Of a DNA stretch of 64,000 bases, positions 9,122 through 19,479 are shown one piece after another. The first letter of the stretch is position 1, and the number at the start of each line of letters is the position of its first letter. This DNA is from Patescibacteria group bacterium (GTDB lineage: Bacteria; Patescibacteriota; Minisyncoccia; Phycocordibacterales; UBA12445), in the NCBI GenBank assembly GCA_003504275.1, contig DOAO01000014.1:8889-72888 (forward strand), read 5' to 3'. Below the pieces are notes generated by a model. It saw only the letters and a program-made list of their open reading frames with translations, had not been told where the DNA came from and made no database searches. The position numbers were made by a program, and so were the translations under genes.

Positions 9122-11731
9122 ATGAGAAAGACGGATGAAAAATTTAAAATAGTTTTCAAAAATATTTCGATACTTTTATTTATCGTCGCTTTTTCAATAT
9201 ATCCGACAAAAATATTTGCACAATCAATTCTTCCTTCCGGAACAGGTCTTGACCAGTTCTTATCGGGAAATTTTAACGCTGATGGCGCTAAACAATTCTT
9301 GGAATTAATTCGAAGACAAGCAGCCGACGCCGTATCAAATATGCCGATCATCTCTAACACTCAAACAAACTTCGAAAATAATCTTGCTAAATATAGATCA
9401 TTCCTTGACCAGCTCGGGGGACAAGGTAAAAACATAGGCGACCTCTTAAATCTTGCACAAAGCATCAGCCCTGCAAACGTAGGCTCTCAAATATCTCAAA
9501 TACAGGGTCTTGTATCTACTATTACTTCCTTCAAAGGAGGTGGAGGGGCCTCTGATATCTTAAACGTCTTCTCTCAATTAGAGTCATTAGGCGTTCCCGG
9601 TTTTAGCCAGGCAAATAATGAAATAACAAAAGGAATAAGCAATCTTGGTAGTATAGATAAAGGAATAACCGATATTGCAAAAGAAGTCACAAACATATCA
9701 AGTGCAGCTTCAGAACTTCAATCTGCACAACAGACTCTCCAAAACTTAAAAACATTTGGTGGTTCAAGTTCTGAAGCAATAAAGAAAGCCGAGGGCGCTG
9801 TTGCTGATGCTCAAAAAAAATTAAATGACATTGTCGGCTCAACTGAACAAAAAGCAGGTGGATTTTTCGACCAGGTCAACAATGTTGCCGACACAGAAGC
9901 TATAAGTGACGAATTCCAAACAGCAGGACTTCCTGGCGAAGGAAAAGAACAATCCGTTTGTGATAAACCATCTCCGGGTGTTACTGGTGGAGGAGGTGGT
10001 AATGGTGTGCCAGTGATAGAACAACCAGGACCATTACTTGACCTTACTGGTAAACTTGTAGACTTTACATCAAATATCAGAACAATAAATAAAGAGACTT
10101 GCAAAAAAATAGAACAGCTCTGGAAGAAAGAGTTTGAGCTAGACAAAAAAGTTAAAGAGAAATCTCAAGAAACACTTGAAAAAATTAAAAAAGAATTAAA
10201 AGAATTCCGTGAAAAAGGAAGAAAAGCCTCAAATGATTTAAAGGCTGAGAAATCTTTTTATCCTACAATTTCTGAGTTCATAAAAGAGGAGACCGAAGCA
10301 GCAAGGAATAAGCACTTAAACCAACTAGAAAAAACAAAAGTTAACGACAAGGTAAAAGAGGTTTTTAAAAAGCAAAATGAACTTGATAAAAATGATTCTG
10401 CAAGTTATCTGGCAAGAGTAAGCCCAACAATCGACACCGAAAAAGTTGTCGAACAGGCTAAGGAGCAAAAGGGTGCAACATACTTTGATAGCCTTAAAAA
10501 AATAGCCGACCCAAGAAACAATATTTCTGGTCAATATTTGATACAACTATCGGAAAAACAGACAATGGAGGCAACTGCGGCAAAAAATGCACAAGATGAA
10601 TATGTTTCCGGACAGGGAATCATCGGAACCAAAAAATGTATAAAAACAATAAAAACTGACAGTGGCGAGATGTGTACAGAATGGGAGATTATAACTCCAG
10701 CAAAATTGTTTGGAGGTCTCCAGGAAGAGGCTTATAAGGACAACTTCAAACAAACGGCTAACGCTGACGACATCTCTCACGAAGCCGAAACAACAACAGC
10801 ATCAGGAGAAAAAAAGAAAATCTCAAATCTTGCAGAAGATTATACTAAAGACATAGCGGAGTCATCTGGGGCAGAAGGAAGTGGCCCAGGAGGTACTGAA
10901 GGTGGCGGAAGTAATTACACCAACAATAATTCTACCGTAAACACAGGCGGGGATACAATAAACGAAATTATTAATGAAGGTGGAGGTGGCGACGGAGGTT
11001 TTGACTTATTAGACCTAATAAGTCAAATAGTAAACATGGGCGACAGCGAAGAGCCTGAGTCAAGCACACCAATATCCATACCGCCACCTACTGTTTCATT
11101 TAATACAACCAATAACGGTATGTTTAGCACAAAACTAAATTGGTCTGCGAATGGCGCTGTTTCCTGCAGAGCAACAAATGATTGGATAACCTATTTAGGT
11201 TTCGGCATAGCGACAACTGCCTCCGAAATATTAATTCAAAAAGATGAAGAAATAGAAACAGATGCTTCTTACAATATAGAACATCCATCTGCCTTCTCTT
11301 TTGCTGTAAATGTAACAGGTGGTAATAGAGTGATTCCTGGCCAGATATTACAACCTGCTACGACAACTGTTACTAAAGAGGCGACGGGATTAAAACAAAC
11401 AATAAACTATATTCCAAACATAACAGGAGTTATTGATGGTGATATTTTTAGTATCTATATAAATAGTGATCAAATAATTACGGTGTCTTACTCTGATGGA
11501 GACACACAAGCCGACTTGGTTGCGAAAATAAAATCAGCAATGGATAGCGTCAATCCGACGACAGAAAAAGGTAAAATCTACAGCGCCATAACAAAAACAA
11601 TCAACCAAAACACCCTTACTCTGACAAAAACAGTTCCAAATATACCCGCTTCTGCAATTTATGAACTCGCATGCAAAAATACAGCGGACAAAGAAACAAC
11701 AAAGAAGGTAACAATAGAATTTTTTAAATAA
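9122..11731 (+). CDS. large secreted Gly-rich protein (T4SS-like cluster)
   Basis: Sec-type signal peptide, GGGGNG runs, coiled-coil middle; 869 aa. Confidence 0.5.
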   Translation: MRKTDEKFKIVFKNISILLFIVAFSIYPTKIFAQSILPSGTGLDQFLSGNFNADGAKQFLELIRRQAADAVSNMPIISNTQTNFENNLAKYRSFLDQLGGQGKNIGDLLNLAQSISPANVGSQISQIQGLVSTITSFKGGGGASDILNVFSQLESLGVPGFSQANNEITKGISNLGSIDKGITDIAKEVTNISSAASELQSAQQTLQNLKTFGGSSSEAIKKAEGAVADAQKKLNDIVGSTEQKAGGFFDQVNNVADTEAISDEFQTAGLPGEGKEQSVCDKPSPGVTGGGGGNGVPVIEQPGPLLDLTGKLVDFTSNIRTINKETCKKIEQLWKKEFELDKKVKEKSQETLEKIKKELKEFREKGRKASNDLKAEKSFYPTISEFIKEETEAARNKHLNQLEKTKVNDKVKEVFKKQNELDKNDSASYLARVSPTIDTEKVVEQAKEQKGATYFDSLKKIADPRNNISGQYLIQLSEKQTMEATAAKNAQDEYVSGQGIIGTKKCIKTIKTDSGEMCTEWEIITPAKLFGGLQEEAYKDNFKQTANADDISHEAETTTASGEKKKISNLAEDYTKDIAESSGAEGSGPGGTEGGGSNYTNNNSTVNTGGDTINEIINEGGGGDGGFDLLDLISQIVNMGDSEEPESSTPISIPPPTVSFNTTNNGMFSTKLNWSANGAVSCRATNDWITYLGFGIATTASEILIQKDEEIETDASYNIEHPSAFSFAVNVTGGNRVIPGQILQPATTTVTKEATGLKQTINYIPNITGVIDGDIFSIYINSDQIITVSYSDGDTQADLVAKIKSAMDSVNPTTEKGKIYSAITKTINQNTLTLTKTVPNIPASAIYELACKNTADKETTKKVTIEFFK

Positions 11732-11734
11732 AAA

Positions 11735-13948
11735 ATGAATTTTTGGATAAAAAATAAAAAAATATTGGCGATAATCTTCGTTTTAATTCTTTGTTTTTTT
11801 AATTTTCCCCAAAAAACAAGTGCCGACACGGGAAGTTTCTTATATAATGCCTACAATAATATATTTGGAGAGACGGACATTGGTGCAAATGAAAAAAATG
11901 ACGACATACTACGAGAGAAATTTTTAAATAAAATAGAAAGTCTTAATGCTAAAAAACAAGCAAAAACTATTACCCACGAAGAAGCCACACAACTAGCAAA
12001 TGCTAAAAAAGCATTTGACGATTTTAATACAAAAAATACAAACAAGGATAGCGATCCATCTGCAGGCGCAACCCCAAATTCGTGTACTTTGTTATCGTGG
12101 AGTGTTGGGGCTTGTCTTGAATATGGAATTGCGTGGATTCTTTCTAAGGTAGTTTGGTTGTTCTCTTTTGTTGTGGAAATATCGGCAATGTTTTTTGAAT
12201 TTAGTGTTGATCAATCAATAAATAGTATTGCAAAATACGCCGATTCTAGCGGTGTCCTGACGGCCTGGAAGGTATTGAGGGACACAACAAACATGCTTTT
12301 CCTTATGATAATGATGTATATAGCCATAGGAACAGTGCTTCAATTAGAGGGTGTGAATTGGAAAAAACAAATCGGGGCAATAATAATGGCTGCTATACTT
12401 ATAAATTTCAGCATGACAATCACAAGAGTTGTAGTTGATGTAACTAACGTTTTTGCTGTTTATTTTTATGAACAAGCCAAGGGTGGCGAAAATGGACCGG
12501 GAGTAGCTACTTTAATGTTCCAAAGCCTTAAACTGGAGGACAAAATTTCAAATAAACAGAGTACAAATGTCAGCGATGCAATTTCTCTCGGTACTATAAC
12601 GATAGGCTCAATTGGTAGCATCGTGCTAATGTTGGCAGGTTCTTATGTTCTTTTCCTCGGTGGATTTTTATTTATCATACGTCTTATTTCGTTAATTTTT
12701 TTGATGATACTGTCACCTCTGCCCTGGATAGGAATCGCGGTACCAAAATATGGGGGTAAAATAAGCGGAAACTACTGGGAAAAATTAATGAATCAAGCTC
12801 TTTTTGCTCCTGCATATACATTTTGTCTATATTTTGTAATGAAATTTATATCCTGCGCAGATATTGTTAGTATAGGGAGGGGTGGTTCTATGGAAATGCT
12901 TATGTTTAACATGATAACCATAAGCTTGATGTTTGGTGCTGTTATCGTAGCCAAAGAACTAGGAGCCTCAGGTATGGGCTTGGCACAGACCGGAGCTAAA
13001 ATGGCAATGGGGACAACCCTCGGAGCTGGTATAGGAGCGCTAAGTTTAGCTAAAGGTACTTTAAGCGGAACTTACAAAGGATTAACCACAACACCAGCAC
13101 CAGGACAAGGAAGAACCGCCGCTGTTTTCTCAAATATTGGAACGGAATGGAGTAAGACTGGGGGAGGACTAAAAACAAAAGTGGGGATGGCGTACGATAC
13201 GGCCAAAGAAAAACTTAAGAGCCCCCTTGAATTAACTGGGGATTTGATCAAGTCGGGTACAGGGTTTGATATTATGCCTGGAGAAAAAGAAAGAAAAGAA
13301 CAGGAAAAAGCCGAAAAAGAATACAAAAAGAAACGGGAAATTGAAGCGGCAAAGACACAGCTTAATAATGATTCTAGCGTTATTTCTCAACTCAATATTG
13401 ATGAATCAAAACTCAATACAGCAGATCCAAACTATGCCAACGATAAGTTGAAAATTGATAATGCCAAGAGGGCTGCGGAAAAACGAATACGAGAGAACCT
13501 TCAATATTTCAAGGGAGACAAAATACTTGAACTCGGAGAAAAAATGCTTACAGCACAAGGAAACGAAATTGCTAAATGGATGGATGAAGCTCAATCTAAG
13601 GCTGTTATAGAAAAGAGTGACTTTGACCCTACAAAAGTAGCCGGCATAAAGAATGCTTTGTTTGATAATGAATTTAATACGAGAGGAAAGAGGGTTGTGG
13701 AAACGGATATAGTTCAAAATAGATGGGCGGGTATTGCAAATGATGCAACAGGTGATGCCTTAAAACAAAAATATATAGGAGAGATGGCTTCTAAGAACAT
13801 AGCCGAATTACCAGAAAACATTCTACTTGAAGATTATTCAATTGAAGCAATGAAAGAAAATGATTTAAAGAAAATTAGAGAGACAAGAGGAAATGTCTTA
13901 GCAGACAAAGTAAAAGCAAAAGGAATAGCCCAAGGGAAAACATGGTAA
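11735..13948 (+). CDS. polytopic membrane protein, VirB6/TrbL-like
   Basis: signal/TM N-terminus, at least 6 hydrophobic helices in the central part, long hydrophilic charged C-terminus; position next to VirB4. Confidence 0.45.
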   Translation: MNFWIKNKKILAIIFVLILCFFNFPQKTSADTGSFLYNAYNNIFGETDIGANEKNDDILREKFLNKIESLNAKKQAKTITHEEATQLANAKKAFDDFNTKNTNKDSDPSAGATPNSCTLLSWSVGACLEYGIAWILSKVVWLFSFVVEISAMFFEFSVDQSINSIAKYADSSGVLTAWKVLRDTTNMLFLMIMMYIAIGTVLQLEGVNWKKQIGAIIMAAILINFSMTITRVVVDVTNVFAVYFYEQAKGGENGPGVATLMFQSLKLEDKISNKQSTNVSDAISLGTITIGSIGSIVLMLAGSYVLFLGGFLFIIRLISLIFLMILSPLPWIGIAVPKYGGKISGNYWEKLMNQALFAPAYTFCLYFVMKFISCADIVSIGRGGSMEMLMFNMITISLMFGAVIVAKELGASGMGLAQTGAKMAMGTTLGAGIGALSLAKGTLSGTYKGLTTTPAPGQGRTAAVFSNIGTEWSKTGGGLKTKVGMAYDTAKEKLKSPLELTGDLIKSGTGFDIMPGEKERKEQEKAEKEYKKKREIEAAKTQLNNDSSVISQLNIDESKLNTADPNYANDKLKIDNAKRAAEKRIRENLQYFKGDKILELGEKMLTAQGNEIAKWMDEAQSKAVIEKSDFDPTKVAGIKNALFDNEFNTRGKRVVETDIVQNRWAGIANDATGDALKQKYIGEMASKNIAELPENILLEDYSIEAMKENDLKKIRETRGNVLADKVKAKGIAQGKTW

Positions 13949-13990
13949 GCCTAAACCCCTGAAGAGAAAAAAGTTAAAAAAGTTAAATTT

Positions 13991-14665
13991 ATGAACCAAG
14001 AACCAACACTACTAGAAATTTTTAAATCGGGACCAATTGCCGCCATAGATAAAAATGGGCCTCAAAATACAGTGCACGACAAAAATAAATTAAATGATAT
14101 ATATGACAACCTTCCCGAAGATATAAAGAATGCTATTGCTTCTGTCGATTCATCTGAATCTATATATGAAATAGGCAACAAATTCAAACTACATATGGAT
14201 CAAATCGCACAACTTGGAGCAGAAACAGGATTTGTATTGCTTGGAGTCACTGATCCGATGGAATTTGTAGCAAATGTAAGCCGTGTCTTAAACATAGACA
14301 AGACACTTGCTAGCCAAATAGTGACCGACATAAATGAAAAAATATTTGTTCCCGTTAAGGAGTCGTTGAGACAAATACACTCACAAACCCCGGTTAATAA
14401 ACCTGTTTTAGCTACAACCCCAAATATCATTAAAAATGTTTCAGCCATGGAATTAAATGTTCCAAAGAAAACTGTTGATATATTAAAAGGGAATATCCCA
14501 ATAGCAGAAAAAAGGCAAAATACAGAGATACTGGGATTTAGTTCAGAAAAAAAAGATACAGACAATCTCAACATTATGGAAGAAAAGATGAATGGAAGTT
14601 TCTCTATTCCAAAGTCTGAAAATGGCATAAGCAAACAATCAGATCCATATAGAGAACAAATATAA
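13991..14665 (+). CDS. hypothetical protein
   Basis: 224-aa ORF in the cluster. Confidence 0.4.
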   Translation: MNQEPTLLEIFKSGPIAAIDKNGPQNTVHDKNKLNDIYDNLPEDIKNAIASVDSSESIYEIGNKFKLHMDQIAQLGAETGFVLLGVTDPMEFVANVSRVLNIDKTLASQIVTDINEKIFVPVKESLRQIHSQTPVNKPVLATTPNIIKNVSAMELNVPKKTVDILKGNIPIAEKRQNTEILGFSSEKKDTDNLNIMEEKMNGSFSIPKSENGISKQSDPYREQI

Positions 14666-14688
14666 AGAAGGAAGGTGATGGTTTTTGT

Positions 14689-14777
14689 GTCATTGCGAGA
14701 TTTGAAAATTTTAAAAAAGAAGATCAATCTCTTTTTTAGGAGGTTGAGCTTCCAAAATTTTAAAATCTCGCAATAAC
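14689..14777. repeat. 89-bp palindromic element, TIR GTCATTGCGAG (copy A1)
   Basis: near-identical copies at 15253-15341 and 34962-35050. Confidence 0.8.
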
Positions 14778-14813
14778 AAAAAGAGGAGGGTAAAAATTCA
14801 TTATTCTTATAAA

Positions 14814-15233
14814 ATGCAATTCCAAGTACCACAATTTATTGAAATAGAAGATAAGGTCATAGGACCGTTTACTTTTAGACAATTCCTTTTTCTTTTAGGA
14901 GCGGGAGGAGGAAGTTTCGCCATATACAGAATTATTCCAGCTCCATTTTCATACCTCCTTATCGCCCCCGTTGCAGGACTGGGCCTGGCCCTCGCTTTCT
15001 ATAAAGTAAATAATCGTCCCTTCACAACAATGGTTGAGTCATGGTTCAAATTCAGTCTTGGAAATAAAAGATATTTATGGAAAAAAGAAGCCACAACAAT
15101 AAAAAAAGAGGCTATGGAAATAGAAGGAATGATAAACAAAACAACTATTCCAAAACCGATAGTACCCAAGTTGACCGCCGGTAAATTAAAAGATATTGCA
15201 TGGAGTTTAGATATTAAGGAAAAGATTAAGTAG
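14814..15233 (+). CDS. small two-TM membrane protein (VirB3-like candidate)
   Basis: 139 aa, two hydrophobic helices; bracketed by two copies of the 89-bp element. Confidence 0.4.
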   Translation: MQFQVPQFIEIEDKVIGPFTFRQFLFLLGAGGGSFAIYRIIPAPFSYLLIAPVAGLGLALAFYKVNNRPFTTMVESWFKFSLGNKRYLWKKEATTIKKEAMEIEGMINKTTIPKPIVPKLTAGKLKDIAWSLDIKEKIK

Positions 15234-15252
15234 GAATTAAGATAAAGGACTC

Positions 15253-15341
15253 GTTGTTGCGAGATTTGAAAATTTTAAAAAAGAAGCTCAACCTCTTTTT
15301 TAGAAGGTTGAGCTTCCAAAATTTTCAAATCTCGCAATGAC
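15253..15341. repeat. 89-bp palindromic element (copy A2)
   Basis: gttgttgcgagatttgaaaatttt...ctcgcaatgac. Confidence 0.8.
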
Positions 15342-15558
15342 AAAAAATAGGAAACGAGGTGCAAGGGTGTTAAAATAATGAAGAGGAACGTAAAGCGAAA
15401 AGCGAAAAATGCAAAATAACAATTTAAAATTAAAAAGAAACAAAAAAAATACCATCAAGGTCGAATATTTTAATAATAAAAAGCGAAAATACAACTTTTT
15501 TACTTTGATTTTTACACTGTTGTTTTTCGCTTTTAGTTTTTAGTTTTACACTTTTAAA

Positions 15559-16212
15559 ATGGCTGAAGCTAAAGCAACACAAGATTTTGTACAAGTTAAG
15601 GAAATAAGAGACGGCATCGTCGTTCTAAAAGACGGAACAATGCTTATGATTTTCATGTGCTCGTCCTTAAACTTCGCTCTAAAATCGGCAGATGAGCAAC
15701 AGGCGATAACCTTACAATATCAAAACTTCTTAAATTCCCTTGATTTTACCTTTCAAATAGTTGTCCAATCCCGACGACTGGACATTAGGCCATATTTAAC
15801 ATCTCTTTCCGAAAGAATGGGACTTCAATCTAATGAACTTCTAAAAATACAATTAAAAGAATATATAAATTTTATAAGAAGCTTTACAGAAGGAGTGAGT
15901 ATAATGGAGAAAAGTTTCTATGCGGTAGTTCCATATCAACCACCAATATTTCAGGCATCTGGCAATGGCGGGGGAGTAGCATCAAAAATATTCAATATCT
16001 TTGGAGGAAAAACCGACAGTCGAGAACAAAAAAAACAAGAACTTTTAACTTTTGAAGAAAACCGAACTCAATTAGAGCAAAGGGCCAGTGTTGTTTCGCA
16101 AGGATTAATGAGATGCGGTGTCAGATCTGTTGCGCTTGGTACAGAAGAATTGATAGAGCTTTTTTATAAAATATTCAATCCGGAAGAATCAGGCGGTGTT
16201 CCAAAGTTTTAA
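15559..16212 (+). CDS. hypothetical protein upstream of VirB4
   Basis: 217 aa; same frame as VirB4 but separated by two in-frame stops. Confidence 0.45.
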   Translation: MAEAKATQDFVQVKEIRDGIVVLKDGTMLMIFMCSSLNFALKSADEQQAITLQYQNFLNSLDFTFQIVVQSRRLDIRPYLTSLSERMGLQSNELLKIQLKEYINFIRSFTEGVSIMEKSFYAVVPYQPPIFQASGNGGGVASKIFNIFGGKTDSREQKKQELLTFEENRTQLEQRASVVSQGLMRCGVRSVALGTEELIELFYKIFNPEESGGVPKF

Positions 16213-16242
16213 TTTGTAATTGATAATTCGTAATTAACTAAT

Positions 16243-18042
16243 ATGGCCATATTTGGTGGAAAAGAAGAAAATAAAATAGAAGCGGTACTTCCTCAAGATA
16301 TTTATTCTAGTGGAACTCTTGAGTTACGTGACGTTATTTCACCGTCAGCTCTTGAAATTGGCTCTAATAGTATGAAAATAGGAGAGAAGGTGGCAAGGAC
16401 TTTCTATGTTATCTCTTACCCTAGGTTTCTAGCGGAAAATTGGTTTTCTCCAATCATAAATTTAGACAAAATATTTGATATTTCACTTATAATACATCCG
16501 ATAGACACATCAATGGTTTTGAGACAGCTTCAAAAGAAGCTTGCCGAAGTGCAAAGTCAAATACACGCCAATGAAACAAAAGGATTAGTTCGAGACCCAA
16601 TGCTTGATACAGCATATCAAGACATAGAGTCACTAAGAGACCAATTACAACAAGCAAGGGAGAGAGTATTTGATGTTGGTCTGTATATGACTATTTATGC
16701 TAGTTCTGAGGAAGAATTAAACAAAGTAGAGGCGGAGGTAAAAACAATAATGGAATCAAGGCTGGTATATGTTAAACCGGCACTTTTCCAGCAAGAAGAA
16801 GGATTTGATAGTGTTATTCCTATTGCTTCGGATAAATTATCGGTCAACACAAAATTAAATTCCTCTCCACTATCTAGTATCTTCCCATTTATCTCTTTTG
16901 ATTTAACCTCCAACAAAGGAATTCTTTATGGAATAAATAGACATAATTCCAGTTTAATAATTTTTGACAGATTTTCTTTGGAAAACTATAACTCTGTCAT
17001 CTTCGCAAAATCAGGTTCAGGAAAATCTTACTTCACAAAACTGGAGATTTTGAGATCGTTAATGTTTGACGTAGATGTTATTATTATCGACCCAGAAAGA
17101 GAGTATGAGTACTTAGCTGAAGCTGTCGGTGGAAGATTTTTCAACATTTCATTGTCTTCAGAACACCATATTAATCCTTTTGACCTGCCTTTTGTGAGAG
17201 ACGATGAAGCTCCTGCGGATGTTTTAAGATCTCATATAATAAATCTAGTCGGGCTTTTCAGAATAATGATGGGAGGAATGACTCCCGAGGAAGACGCTGT
17301 AATGGATAATGCCATTAGGGAGACTTACGCCCTAAAAGATATTACAGCAGAGTCTGATTTCTCATCTGCAACACCGCCACTTCTCTCAGACCTTGAGCTT
17401 GTTCTCGCAGGAATGGATGGAGGAGCTTCACTTGCGCAAAGACTCCTCAAATACACACAAGGAACATGGGCCGGTTTCTTAAATAGACCAACAAACGTCG
17501 ATATAAACAAAAAATTCGTAGTATTTTCTGTCAGAGACATGGAAGATGAACTCAAGCCTGTCGCAATGCATATTGTAATGAACAATATTTGGGGTTCTGT
17601 CAGAAGAGAACTAAAAAAGAGAATGCTTATCGTTGATGAAGCCTGGTGGATGATGAAATCTCCTGATACGGCCTCATTTATGTTGAGCCTAGCCAAAAGA
17701 GGTAGAAAATATTTCCTGGGCCTCACTACTATTACTCAGGACGTGAAAGACTTTTTGGAATCACCGTACGGAGTACCAATCATCACAAACTCTTCAATGC
17801 AAGTACTATTCAAACAGTCAACAGCATCCATAGATATAGTTCAAAAGACATTTAACCTCACGGATGAAGAAAAATATTTATTACTGGAATCCAACGTAGG
17901 GGAGGGGATATTTTTTGCAGGACTCAAGCATGTTGCAATAAAAGTTATTGCTTCATACACAGAAGATCAGATAATCACGTCAGACCCATCACAGCTTTTG
18001 TCCATAAAAAGATCAAAAGAAGAATTGAAGGCAAGCGAATAG
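16243..18042 (+). CDS. virB4: VirB4/TrbE/TraC-family secretion ATPase
   Basis: Walker A AKSGSGKSY, Walker B LIVDEAWWMM (the DEAW signature), CagE/TrbE/VirB4-like N-domain. Confidence 0.7.
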   Translation: MAIFGGKEENKIEAVLPQDIYSSGTLELRDVISPSALEIGSNSMKIGEKVARTFYVISYPRFLAENWFSPIINLDKIFDISLIIHPIDTSMVLRQLQKKLAEVQSQIHANETKGLVRDPMLDTAYQDIESLRDQLQQARERVFDVGLYMTIYASSEEELNKVEAEVKTIMESRLVYVKPALFQQEEGFDSVIPIASDKLSVNTKLNSSPLSSIFPFISFDLTSNKGILYGINRHNSSLIIFDRFSLENYNSVIFAKSGSGKSYFTKLEILRSLMFDVDVIIIDPEREYEYLAEAVGGRFFNISLSSEHHINPFDLPFVRDDEAPADVLRSHIINLVGLFRIMMGGMTPEEDAVMDNAIRETYALKDITAESDFSSATPPLLSDLELVLAGMDGGASLAQRLLKYTQGTWAGFLNRPTNVDINKKFVVFSVRDMEDELKPVAMHIVMNNIWGSVRRELKKRMLIVDEAWWMMKSPDTASFMLSLAKRGRKYFLGLTTITQDVKDFLESPYGVPIITNSSMQVLFKQSTASIDIVQKTFNLTDEEKYLLLESNVGEGIFFAGLKHVAIKVIASYTEDQIITSDPSQLLSIKRSKEELKASE

Positions 18043-18069
18043 TGTGCGGGTAGTTTAATATTTAAAAAA

Positions 18070-18468
18070 ATGAAAGAGAATAAGAACAAAATGACGTCTG
18101 TCCACTGGTTCATACTTTTTCAATTCGCCGTTATTTTTGATGTAATAGGGTGGATATTGGCATTAGGTATAGATGTCGCCACATTTGGTGTTGCTGGTGT
18201 TATTTTAAACCTAACTGCCGTAATGGTATTTTTAACCTTTGCTCTCGTATGGAGAAATAAAGGAATCGGCGACTTTAAATTTCTAACTTCTATGGGGAAA
18301 AACTTTCTAGTGGAGGGGATTCCTTTTGCCGGCACCATATTACCAATGTGGATTTCATTTATTTATAGAGCGAGAAAAAGTTATATAAAATCATCCGGAA
18401 CATCGTTGGCTGGAATTGTAGCAGGAGCTTCTGGACAAAAAATAGAAAACAAAATGGCACAAGCATAA
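18070..18468 (+). CDS. small polytopic membrane protein
   Basis: 132 aa, 3-4 hydrophobic helices. Confidence 0.45.
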   Translation: MKENKNKMTSVHWFILFQFAVIFDVIGWILALGIDVATFGVAGVILNLTAVMVFLTFALVWRNKGIGDFKFLTSMGKNFLVEGIPFAGTILPMWISFIYRARKSYIKSSGTSLAGIVAGASGQKIENKMAQA

Positions 18469-18471
18469 AAT

Positions 18472-19476
18472 ATGAGAAAAAAAATACTTAAGACAATAAT
18501 AGCGTTCATTTTATTCTCTCCACTAATTGGATTGACAGCAACGGTTTACCCAAGTATCGGAGGTAACGTTATGTTTACCCTTGAACCAAAAAATCCAGGC
18601 CCCAACTCTCAAGCAACGATAAAGGTTTCTAGTTATGTAATAGACACGACCGAGGCAAATATTTCATGGTATTTGGGAGACAAATTAGAAATGGAAGGCA
18701 TTGGAAAAGATATTTTCTCTTTTAAAACAGGGTCCATAGGAAAACCTATTATAATAAAAATGATAGCTGATATTAATGGTCAAAGAATGGGCCGAGCGAT
18801 TTCAATAATTCCAGCCGAAGTTGATATCGTATGGGAAGCTAATACATACGTACACCCCTCTTATAAAGGAAAGGCGATGGCCTCCCCAAAAAGCTCCATA
18901 AAAATAATAGCAATACCTCAATTCAAAACAGAAAACGGAACAACAATTCCAACAAACGAGCTTAAATATGAATGGAAAAAAGGAACAGCGATTATTCTTT
19001 CTGGGCTCGGAAAAAATATTTTTAACACAGACATTGGTAGCCCACTAGCAGAGGAGGAGATAAAACTTTTGGTTTCTGACAGAAACGGGCAAATAACGAC
19101 GGAAAAAATAATAACCATTATTCCGGAAGACCCTGAAATTATTTTTTACAAAGAAAACCCAACGGAAGGGACTGAATATAATAATTCACTGACTGGATAT
19201 GTAAATTTAGAAGAAAAAGAAATTAGCGTAAGAGCAGAACCGTTTTTCTTCTCTTATCCAAGTTCAGCAAAAGAAGCCAACCTTATGTTTAGCTGGAATA
19301 TAAATGAAAAAGGAGTCCTACCAAATGATGGAACGCCAAAAATAATTACATTAAGAAATGAATCGGGGCAAGGATTAACGTCTAGTATTTCTCTGTCTAT
19401 CAAGAACGCCTACAAAGTATTTCAAGAGGCAACAAACGATTTTATATTGGAATCAACAGCGGGATTTAAATTTTAA
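18472..19476 (+). CDS. secreted protein
   Basis: signal peptide-like N-terminus. Confidence 0.45.
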   Translation: MRKKILKTIIAFILFSPLIGLTATVYPSIGGNVMFTLEPKNPGPNSQATIKVSSYVIDTTEANISWYLGDKLEMEGIGKDIFSFKTGSIGKPIIIKMIADINGQRMGRAISIIPAEVDIVWEANTYVHPSYKGKAMASPKSSIKIIAIPQFKTENGTTIPTNELKYEWKKGTAIILSGLGKNIFNTDIGSPLAEEEIKLLVSDRNGQITTEKIITIIPEDPEIIFYKENPTEGTEYNNSLTGYVNLEEKEISVRAEPFFFSYPSSAKEANLMFSWNINEKGVLPNDGTPKIITLRNESGQGLTSSISLSIKNAYKVFQEATNDFILESTAGFKF

Positions 19477-19479
19477 AAT

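Noticed and set aside
14200-14832. 210-aa minus-strand ORF
   Set aside because: Antisense to the 13991..14665 ORF and running through repeat A1; hydrophobic shadow composition.
15559-18042. Single frameshifted/pseudogenised VirB4
   Set aside because: Two clean in-frame stops and a complete VirB4 N-domain in the 599-aa ORF argue for two genuine genes.
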